From: Mytilus trossulus
Lineage: Eukaryota
Assembly: GCF_036588685.1 (NCBI RefSeq)
Contig: NC_086386.1
Coordinates: forward strand, 5,394,001-5,458,000
Direction: 5' to 3'
DNA: 64,000 nucleotides
Positions 28,504 to 40,000 of the stretch are shown piece by piece. Positions within the stretch are counted from its first letter, which is position 1. Each line of letters opens with the position of its first letter. The notes under the pieces were generated by a model. It saw only the letters and a program-made list of their open reading frames with translations, searched no databases and was not told the DNA's origin. The translations under genes were made by a program, and so were the position numbers.

Positions 28504-30477
28504 CACCGTGTAGAACGCCACATGCGGGGTGTCGGCTATGCTTGACACGGGGTGGCAATTTCGAAGCGAAGAAAAACTGTCAAAGTAAGTTCAAGTATCA
28601 AAATTTCTTTATTTAGAATTTTTAGTACCCTATAATGTACTGCACGGAAGGAACTGAAACACAATCTATTTCCTGCAAGCAAAATCAGTCGTTTTCAGTG
28701 CTCTGTTTTTCTCAAACACCTCTCCCTAGTTTTCCGTGTTGCAGATTTTGAGGCTTAATATGCAAATTTCTTGATAAAAATCTACTTTAGACGACTCCCC
28801 TCTGCTTCATTTATATAAAATTGAATTCCTATTATGGAATTTAACAAAATACTAGCTTCATAATTAAAATTACCTGGTTTTAACACTAGTTTTTCATCAA
28901 AATATACAGTGTCGCTCGGGGTGTCAGATTTTGCATCTCAAGGGGTATAGGCTTCCAATAAAAAACGAATAGATTTGCATATGAATCATGTAAATCGGTC
29001 TTTATCTGATCCTTTTTAATTCAAACACCACTGCTATATCATGATAACAAATAAAAAAAACTGAAAGTACTTCATTTTGCCTCTTTTTTAGTCACATAAG
29101 ACATGTGATTTTGATTTCATAAATAGTTAAAAATGACTCAAAATATTTTGATTTTAAGCTAGAAAATGATTTCCTGTCCTTTTCAGTCACTATCATAGTC
29201 AGATAAAAAGTCATTGATGTGGCTTAATGCACCGAAAGATGTAGGAAAATCTTAGACTAGATCTCCATATAAGATTTTGCCGAAGCCAACACTGAACAGT
29301 TAAACTCCATCATTAGCTTAACATGTTTTCATCAGGTTCTTCTCAAAAGCGCTTGTGCATGCTTTAAAAACCACTCACTCCGAAACAAAATCGATTTATC
29401 TCTCAAATGAAAAACTCACCGGCATCTTTATCATCAAATGAAAATACTGCTTGAAGGGGACCTGAAGCCGACGACACTAAATTCTCAACAATATTAATAA
29501 GCGATTCAAAATCTTAAAAAACTTTAAGTATATGGCTGTTGATTTCTATCTTTTATCCGAATGATAAAAGCAAATAAATATCATGGCTTTTCGACAATAT
29601 TTCTCTTCGGCTTTTCTTTGGGACGTTCAGATTTATGTCAAAAAGAATAACATCGGAACTATAGAAACTGGCTACAGACTTTTTCACGTTATTTTTTTAT
29701 ATTTTATGGGTGGACCAAAAATTATTGGATACATTACCGAACACTTGTGTGAGCGCGGAATGGGCGATCCCCAAGATGCAGGAATTAATAGTGCAGTTTC
29801 AAATCAAAAGATACTATCATACCTTATCGCAATAGACATTGATATCCCAAAGAATTACCTCATCGCATGAACCTTGATATCCCAAAGTGTGACCTCTGAT
29901 TTAGATATATTGGTTCTAACTTCTCCAGGCATTCCTTATCCTGTATTGAATATGTTAGGTAACCAACAAAACTATGAGTTTATGTTATGTGCTGATTCAT
30001 ATGTCTATATCTATTCGTTTTTTATTGGAAGCCTCTACCCCTTGAGATGCAAAATCTGACACCCCAAGCGACACTTTATATTTTGATGAAAAACTAGATT
30101 TAAAACCAAGTACATTAAGTACAAAGCTGGTATTTGGTTAAATTCCATAATAGGAATTCAATTATATATAAATAACGCAGAGGGGAGTCGTCCAAAGTAG
30201 ATTTTTATCAAGAAATTTGCATATTAAGCCTCAAAATCTGCAACACGGAAAACTAGGGAGAGGTGTTTGAGAAAACAGAGCACTTAAAACGACTGATTTT
30301 GTTTGTAGGAAATAGATTGTGTTTCAGTTCCTTCCGTGCAGTACATTATATGGTACTAAGAATTCTGAATAAAGAAATTTTGATACTTGAGCTTACTCTG
30401 ACAGTTTTTCTTCGCTTCGAAATTGCCACCCCGTGTCAAACATAGCCGACACCCCACATGTGGCGTTCTACACGGTG
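28504..30477. mobile_element. Non-autonomous DNA transposon with ~485-bp TIRs, CACCGTG termini and 5-bp TSD (Transib/RAG-type signature)
   Basis: TIRs about 28504-28988 and 29993-30477; GATGT at 28499-28503 and 30478-30482; interrupts a common repeat whose uninterrupted form (tttgatgtgtttgagcatt) occurs near 46618. Confidence 0.85.
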
Positions 30478-31030
30478 GATGTGTTGGAGCATTCTCACCT
30501 ATAATTATATTGAACTACCCGATATCAAATGAACGTTAGATTTGATAATGTTTCATAAATTTTCAACTGGACGTGAATTCAGCAACAATGAATCATCATA
30601 ATCGCATGCATTGTTGTATTTCTGCAACCAGGACAGCAATCAGACACATATTTCATGGCAGTTTTTGTTTCACTATGTCAGTCTTTTTGGATGATAGATG
30701 TGTATATTCTATTTTATGATATATTCGTATAGATAATGACAAGATATGTGCGATCAGGTAATTGCATGGTAAATGTGTATTGATTATTGCCCGATAGACG
30801 TGTTAAATTATTTTGCATGATAAATGTGCATTGTTTATTGCATCATTGATGTGTCTGGCTTATTACTTGATGCGCGAATTTTGCCACTTGCAAGACAAAT
30901 ATATTTCATGATTCATGTAGACGTGGATATGACGTATTGTTCGAAAAAGGTGTTCAAATTATAGTCTTAAAAAACTTAAGCTTATATATGATAGATTTAA
31001 CCGATTTCCCAAAATACTTACAGATTCTCT

Positions 31031-31065
31031 TCACTTTGGACTATCTTGTTTAAACTGTTTATTTA
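31031..31065 (-). CDS. CA10: CA10-like terminal exon (VNKQFKQDSPK*)
   Basis: tgtttttcag acceptor in phase 1 gives YEVN...TGA; AATAAA on the minus strand at 30839-30834. Confidence 0.75.
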
Positions 31066-34000
31066 CTGAAAAACATAACACAAACACAATATTATTCGAA
31101 TTTATAAGACGTTATAACGTGTGTATGTTAAACCTTTTTAAATGGAAGCAGTAACGTGCATTTTTAATTTAAGACGGTAATTCCTACAGGAAGTTCTTAC
31201 AATAACAAAACATATAATGAATTTTGCATTTTTTACAGTGCAGATAAATAACGGTTGACAAAACATGCACATTTGTGTTGCAATGTTTAACATGCGTAAA
31301 TAGAACATGTAGAATGTCAAGCATCAAAACAAATGCAATATGAGTGAAACTTCATATTGAAACCAATACCACAATAGTATAATTCAATCAACTAAAAGAG
31401 TTGAGTAGGTACTTTACCATAATAATATACTTAATCATCTCACCTTCGTACGATGTCAATTTCATGGTATAACAATCATCATCCTGTAAGAAACACGTAA
31501 ACACCATTTAAATTACATTTGTTCACAAACGTACTCCAGTGCAACAAAGCTTGCTTTATTACAGCTGTAACAATTACAGGTCTCTCAATGACGATTATTT
31601 ATTGATGAGGCTCTAAATGTTTTAAATGTTTAATTAATGTTCTAATTCCTATCGATATTTTAATCAGGATAACTATCAACAGGATTTAACGATACAAAAT
31701 AACTTTCAAAAATAACTGACGCAATATCAATACAAGTAGTTATCAAAGGTACCAGGATTATAATTTAGTACGCCAGACTCACGTTTCGTCTACATAAGAC
31801 TCATCAGTGATGCTCATATCAAAATAGTTGTAAAGCCAAACAAATACTGAGTCAAAGAGCATTGAGGATCCAAAATTCCAAAAAGTTTTGCCAAATACGG
31901 CTGAGGTAAGTCATTCCAGGGATAAGAAAATCCTTAGTTTGTTAAAAAAATTCAAGTAAAGGATATCTGGCAATACGTCAACGTACCTTTACTTTTGATT
32001 TGATGTTTGTTCTAATCAGTCGACCGTGACCGGATGTTATGCTTCTGAAGTTGTTTGTTGATAGTGGGTGTTGACTACCATTTGAAGTATTAAGAATCCG
32101 GAGAGATCGCAGCTGAAGAAAATTAGTTAAAGACAATAAACAGCCGACTCAGTAACTAAAGGAAATGAAAACGCTAAAAACAATTTAAGCATTTGAAAAA
32201 AAAGAAGATTATTGTACACACTTGAAGACAAATAAAAAAGGAATCGATAATGTTTTAAAAACGAGTCATGTCAGGTAACAATATTCTTTATGTTGGACAC
32301 AAATTCATTATCCTTTGGCCTTAACTTAAAAGAGGGACAAAACATCCCAAGGAACAGTCAAACTCATAATTCGAAAATATACTGACAACGCAATGGCTGC
32401 AAATGAAAAAGACAAACAGATTATTTCATAACGGTCAACCAACTCGTGATGGCGTCCGTAACATTTACGAAGGGGTAATTTCAACCTCACCATTTTAAAA
32501 TTCTGTCATCGCACTCGGCTTCACTTGTTTAGAGTTGATGCGATTCCCCTCATGTAAAGTTGAATGTATGCACACGCATTAGTTCGTAGAGAATTTACAT
32601 ACTGCTATAAAGTAGGTTTGATATTCAAAGCAGTATTTATGACATAAAATAAAACATATCCGGGTTACAAACTAAAACTGAAACATATATGTTATGTAAT
32701 AGGGTTTTATTATATTTCAATACATCAGTAAATTGATTAATTAGAGTTTTTGTTTTCGCCAATTTCTAGCAGTCTAAAAGTAAGATAAAAAGTGACAAGC
32801 CAATGTCGAACCAGCTTTCCTTAGTAGTCTTTCACTTAAAGAAAACAGTATGCAAATTCAGGAGAAACAAACCAACCATTATAAATATCAACTTTAACTA
32901 TTAATTACCTGTGAAAAGGATATATGCAGTGGTTTGTTCAGTATAATCCATGTAACGGTTTCCATACATCCTGGTTGTGTTAACGATCCCTCGTACGTAA
33001 CAAAATAATCAAGGGGTGGCAAAATAGCATTAACAGAAAATCCATCTATGGCGATTGATGATCCTGTAGAAATGTTGAAAAAGGTTTAATATTGAGCTAA
33101 AATCTCACACCATTTTTTTTTATCATAATCCACCATTTTCTACAAAAGAAATGCCTGCACTAAGATTATCTCCAACCGTTTGATGCGTTTAAACTTTTGG
33201 TCTTATCGTTTGATTAGGGACTCTCCGTTTCGTATTTTCCAACAAGTTCAGTATTTTTGTAATTTTACTTTTTCGTATCTGTATAAAACTGACAAAAGAA
33301 ATATATAATTACGAAATCTTTTGACTAAACTATGAGAATAGTATTACTATATGTTTTGTTGCCGTATATAGTGTTGAATGTCGATATTGTGAGGTTGTGG
33401 GTTCGTTCCCTGTAATGAAAATAAGGTTGGATATGATCATATACTTTTTGCAAAGCTTGCTTGTTTAGAGCAATGCTTTCTCAAATCCAAAATGTATTTA
33501 GACATATACTCCCTTGATTGAAATACGATGAATTATGTGTAATGAACGTTTGAGCTATATTTATGCTATTAGCTTTAATAGTTATCACTTGTATGTATTA
33601 ATCTTACTTGCAAGTATGGAATAGAAGTTGTCGCTTTTTTTGTCGTCGCATCTCACTTTGCACTTTTGTGAGTTTAAATATTTTTTTTCTGTACGTTGAT
33701 GTGTACGATTATTTAAATGATTTTAGAAATTTCAACATCGGTCAATTACTTTCGCCTCTTAAGATATTTGTCAGTTTTCTGTTAGACATCATAAATAGAA
33801 TTACTTGCAATGTTTATGCTATTTTATTTGACTAACTAACACTACGTCCAAATGAACTATGCTGACCTTTGAAATGAACTTTGTCGATGGGTTGTATCAA
33901 GGCATCAAAATTAACGTTGTCCTCTTCACTAACCTGTAATTATTAATCAATTTGATATTGAACATTCCGCTTAAAAATCTTATGATGTTCAATACTATTG

Positions 34001-37000
34001 GTTTGGTACAAGTATATGCAAAAATATCAGTAAGTTAACATTATAAGGATAGAACATTTAATAAAAATATTGTTTTGGTTTCTTTTACTAAAATCATTGG
34101 TATCGTTTGTTAATTATTAAACCTTGGCGTCTCGATTTAAAATGGCAATATGTACGAACCGGTGTTCTTAGAAATATTGTTTGAGAACGTTTGCATTCAG
34201 GACAATCTACAAGAGCAGTTTCACTCTGTAGAGTTCTTTAAAAATGTTTGAACACGCTGCAATCTACAAAAGTTCAATGCATGTATAGTATGTATTGCAA
34301 TTAAGGAGTTTAATTGCTTTACCTTTTCTTTTTAAAATACACATTCATTTACAATTGCAAGAAGTGAAATTAAATCAAATACAAACCAGTGCTAAGATAG
34401 AAATAGAAGCGATACCATTTGGCGAGTTTAATGCTTGAGTACTGTTTTTGTGAATTTCAGCATTGTAACCATACAACTGGATCTAAAAAAAGAAGTGATG
34501 GACTTATTACATTTCTAAGAGGAGAATAATTTTGGCTATTTTGTGTCTTCAGGTTGGATAAGTGAAAAGGATGGTAGATAACCAATATTTGAAAGACAGA
34601 CAAAATTATATTATAATACGGTAATTTGAAAACATATTTGATTATAAAGCCAATATATATATTGAGTTAAAAAGGCAATGTAAGAATTGAATAATTTTCT
34701 CGTATGTGTTGATCATCAAAGACAGACATATTGCAAACATACTCGAATAGTACAATTTACCTCTAAAGGGAACTTTTTACCACCAATAGAATAGTACAAT
34801 GTACCTCTAAAGGAAAAATGTTACCACCAATACTATGCTCAGATCCTAGTAAAATTTACCTCTAAAGGGAACTTTTTATCGCCAATAGAATAGTACAATT
34901 TACCTCTAAAGGGAACTTTTTTATAGTACAATTTACCTCTAAAGGGAACTTTTCAATAGTACAATTTACCTCTAAAGGGAACTTTTTTATAGTACAATTT
35001 ACCTCTAAAGGGAACTTTTCAATAGTACAATTTACCTCTAAAGGGAACTTTTTTCCACCAATACTATGCTCAGATCCTCTCGTGTTATTATCGCCAAAAT
35101 GTATTTTTATTTCAAATAAAGTATATTCATAAGACAAAGGTCCGCCTGTAAAGATGAAAGGCTTGTCATCTGTGTCTTTCACTTCAAGTTTTAGATCTCT
35201 GCCTGTATTCAATAAAATGCCTTTAATCTGAAAAAAAAACAAATAAGAATGTTAACTTCAATTATGTTTTAAAGAATTCATCAAAAGAAGATACATTTGC
35301 TGGAGAATTGATGCAGAAATTTTCTATATTTTCTATGTCCTTCGGTACAAACATCATTGCTTGAATTTTGTTTTCATAAACGTTGTTTACTTTCGTTCTT
35401 CTGTTTTTTTTTGTGTCTAACCTTTTCTGACCTTGACTAAGCATGCTTCAGTGGCTATCAGCAACTCTCTAAACAAATCGCTGTTTATGATATTAAACAT
35501 TTATAACTTAAATTGCACAATCCATGTGGATTTTTTCCTTTTCACCATGAGCTTGGTTATAGCATATTCGCTAGCCCAGTGTATAACAATTCAAGCCCCT
35601 CCTCTCTTTGCTCTGCAGATTAAGCCAATATTTGTGATTTATATATGGCGTCATAAACCTGTAAATAAAAAAGTCAAACCAATTCCGACTACATCAGTTT
35701 ACACCAATGGTTGCACTCGGACTCACTTCACTTTGGAGCAATAAAAATATATGTCTTTAGTTTTTACCGATTGTGTGAGGAAGACACCTTTAATATTCTA
35801 TGACATTCAAAAATTTGCGCTACAAACATATCCAGGAACTCCAATTAGTTGATTAAGGACATTAAAAGTGTCACTTAATATCGTTCTATGTTTTTGGGTA
35901 TAGACTTGTTGTACAATCAGCATGTGGCAATTGTTTATGTCAAAGATTCTTTTTGATTTAATGCAGCGACCAATTCATATCAATATTTCATGGATCAGAA
36001 ATTCTATCGTAATCCACCATGAAAAGAGAGGAGGGGACTGAATTGTTACCTTTGGATAGCGGAGATTGGCTATGACTATAACCAGTTGTTGATGTCGATA
36101 GGAATTTTATATCTGCAAATATCTGAAATAATCTTCTAGTTTTCAACAAACGTGTAAACAGTTTTCAATATATGAGCAGTCACTGTGCATATTTTACTGT
36201 TGTGTTTTCGTCAAACAGCTGTTCTGGTAAACAAACAAGAATATTTTTTTCTGTTGCAAATGTATGCACCTAAAATCCGTAGATATGAATGGAAAAAAAT
36301 AATCCACATGCGGTCTACTCAGTGAGTAAATGAAAAAGGAACAGACGTTCATCTATGTCAAGGAGCAACACCAACGACTGTTTTTCTGAATAAACAAAAA
36401 CGATACTAAAGCGGATTGAAAAAAATATATATATATATATATCAGGTCACTGTTGAATGAGAGCGCGATCGAGTTTGAACCTTGTTTTCTTTATAATTTA
36501 AAGACTTTTTATAAAAAAAAATTTTTTTTTTTATTAAAAGAAAGGCCAAGAAAATTTTCAGTACAGGAGCACTGACTACTGACCTGAGGGGTTTTTGAAA
36601 TTAATGTTTTCAAAAGAATGGCTGATAAAGTTACCTTATTCTGGCTAACATTCAACTGTTTTAAGTTTGGATCATGAACCAAGCTTTTTGGGTCGATGTT
36701 AATAGGTGACTGGTACTTTCCTTTGCTACAGATAATCCAGGCTTTATTTGCTTTTCCCCAATATTCGGCACCTGAAATACAATAGAATAATGATAAAACA
36801 AATATGTTAACATTATTTAACTGCAATTTGCAGTATTATTAACTATAAAAAAACGTTCTGATAATTTTGAATATTCTATTCCTCTAGACATGTCATAGTG
36901 TAAGTAGTGTTGTTCTATGCATGAGTACCGACACAAGTTTTATACATAGTGTTTGTAAAAATCATTAGCTTAGCATAACTTTGGGTATATTCAGATGTAA

Positions 37001-40000
37001 AACCATCATTGTTTTCTGGTCTGCTTATAACATTTAAAATTAAAAGTCCCTACGTTTAAATTTAGAAAAAATACGATATTTCTCTAATAGAGACCCTTTT
37101 TAATTGTTTTATTTTAAGATTTTTAATATTTTTTTAAACTTATTTCAAAGTGGGATGAAAGGAGCAGTGGTCAATGTGCAATGGTATAACATAACGATTG
37201 TAAGCCTTTATATAAAGACGCACTTTTGACGTTCTTTTCTTTTTTATCAATATGTCAGCAGGCATTGCGTCCTGTTTTTTTGTTAATTTTACATTAACTT
37301 TGACTTCGTAAAAGTTAAAAGTATCACCTTGTCATATTGTATGCTCCATTCTGTTCTTTATACTCCCGCCTAACGCTGCGCAACTTGTACTTATAAGAAT
37401 ACTAGTACTTATTTTAAACACTCCATGCAATGGAGTATTTAGGGTATGGTTAACTTAAGACACCTATCTATTGTGATAGGCAATATAGGGCTATCTCTTG
37501 ATGCAAGTTAAAAAGCCAAACAAATACAAAGTTGAAGAGCATTGAGGACACAAAATGTAAGTCTGTTTCGTTGTAAAAATAAGCTTCATAGCTATAGAAT
37601 TAGACATTATTATGTAAAAAATTTAAGGAGAATATATATCGAAAACGGCGTAAACCCCTAAAATGTAAGACGCTAATTTAAAGGCCGAATATATTTAATT
37701 GGTAATTCTCTGAAGGAAATTGATAGAAAAAAATCATACTCTGACATTTTTCAATATTACCGCCTTTATTGCTTACAATTTTGTGTTCTATTTATAATAT
37801 AAGATTCTAATGAAGCGATGGTCGTTGATTTTAGATTCATATGCATGTGTATAACTTGTATAAATGTTTTTCAGCATTTCTGTTAAATATTCAATCATAC
37901 AAAAACAACGTATTTGTTTTCGATACTATTTGTTACATCGATTAAACTAATGAAGTAAAAGTACAAGGTGATAAAGTCAACAGAGGGCTACTTAACAGAG
38001 AATGGTCAAAGGTAAGTGAAGCCTAGTGTTCTTGTATTGTTCTCCGACTAATTAATAAAACATTCGATCCATGATTTCAAGAAGACTCACAGAATAAAAT
38101 ATATGAATTACTATGACAGATCGTATATACCTGATACACCACTATACGTCCACCATTCTGACCAAAGTGTTCCACATACTGAAAAATTGGAAAATAAATG
38201 TTAAGTACTATTCAAACGTGCATGATTGATTACTGATATGTAAAACTCGTTCTGAATGTGTATCATTTTAATGCCGTCAAAGGAAAATTGAGAAACATTT
38301 AAGTTATTCATATTAAATTTGTGGTTCATGTTCTATCTCTCATTTGTTTTATAAATTAAGCAGTTTCTGAACGTTCTTTTATTCTATAATGCACGGTTGA
38401 TTAACAAGTGTCTGTTTAATTAAAGCTATGATCCTTCTCTGAAATTACAGATAACGACCACACGGGTATCATCAACTTAGTAATTTTTAAATCTAGAAAT
38501 TGTTTGGAAACTAAGATTGTAATTAGGTCAGACAAAGGTGATCTCAGAATGATCATGCTTTTGTGTTTTATTTTGTGCAATTATTTAGGAATTATGTAAT
38601 AAAAAAGTAGTACTTTTATGCCAATTGAATTTAAAAGAATAAATATTTGAGCTCCCATGTGAAGGTTTTTCATAAAACGCTTGGAACGCATCAATTGTAG
38701 AGATTAATTCGGGGGCTGTTTATCCTATAATTTTAAATGCATCGTAAATTGGATAGAGAATTGTCTCATTGTCACTCATAATGTTATCTTCTTATTCATA
38801 AAGTATTCAACTTATTTATAGCTTCGCACATTGTATATTTGAACCTCTAGCTGAAGACTGTACAATTTATGTTCTTTTCTGATTGTTTTTTGTTTAATTT
38901 TATCGTGAGTTTTCTGTCTTATTTATGTATACCACACATATCTTTATTCATTTGACAAAAAGATTAATCTCATTTCAAGTTTAATACTCTCATTTTCAAT
39001 CTTTTCCGGAAATAATTTGTTTTTGGAATTGCATTAACAATATATATAGCAAATTGTAATATGCATCAATGTATAAATACTGATAAGACGAATGGATATC
39101 TCGACAGCTTTATTGTTACACTTTTTCTAATTTCTAATTTTGTTTGTCTTTCTTCGTATAATTTGTTTTATGTAGAAGTCGCATTACCAATTTGTTCGAA
39201 TATTTCTTCTAATATCAGCGTCAGATAGCAATTCTCATTTTATAAACGTAAATGAGAAATATCAACTTTGAAGTTAGAAATTACAAAACGTGATGGGCAA
39301 ATCAGAGTTTGTTAGCGTAACGTCTAAGATAAAATTGTTATATTGATTTGGTCGTCTCGTTTAACGAGGGAACTAGTCTTTGTTTCTGTTCTGTCAGAGT
39401 TAATAAGGAGCAGAATTATAGACAAACTCCCAGGAGTCTTAACAAGGTAACACAATATATGTACAGTTATGTTTAGCTAAGATATCAGTTCTGTCGCAAA
39501 GTTGTCATTCCTTTGACACATTCCTGGAAGATTAATATATATTTTCTTATTTAAAACATTCATCTGTCATGAGTATCTGTGCCTTTACAAATTATCATGC
39601 AATGAATTGATTGCACAAATGCTTGACTTGTGTATCCATAGTGTATACTGCTGAAAGCGTAACAAATATAAATGGATAGTGGGGACTACTTTTATTAAGA
39701 CTGTATTATACGGAGATGAAATATACTCACGTTTTATACTATCGTTAAAGTTGGATTAACATACTTGATGGTAAAACTAGTAATGAGTTCCACACGTCGG
39801 TATTACTTCATTACGGTATTATACACAAGATTCTTAATAATGGGAAAACTATAATCTTATTGTGATATTATGTCAAATTATAATTTGGTACACTAAATGT
39901 TGAGAAATGATGTTGTAAACTGGTATTTGAGTAAAGAATAATACACAGCACTTGGTGTAATGCTGGCCACTCATTCTTATAAATCTCATTAGCGGAAAAA

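Noticed and set aside
28504-28560. Complete RSS (heptamer, 12/23 spacer, nonamer)
   Set aside because: No ACAAAAACC-like nonamer at 12 or 23 bp; both ends are symmetric.
29583-30059. ORFs inside the Transib-like element as transposase or RAG fragments
   Set aside because: No DDE, RAG1-core or kelch motifs recognisable; a possible minus-strand exon near 29420-29510 has upstream stops and cannot be assigned.
34862-35035. KFPLEVNCTI repeats as a constitutive part of the protein
   Set aside because: The standard CA alignment needs splicing at 35036; the extension is at most an alternative isoform.
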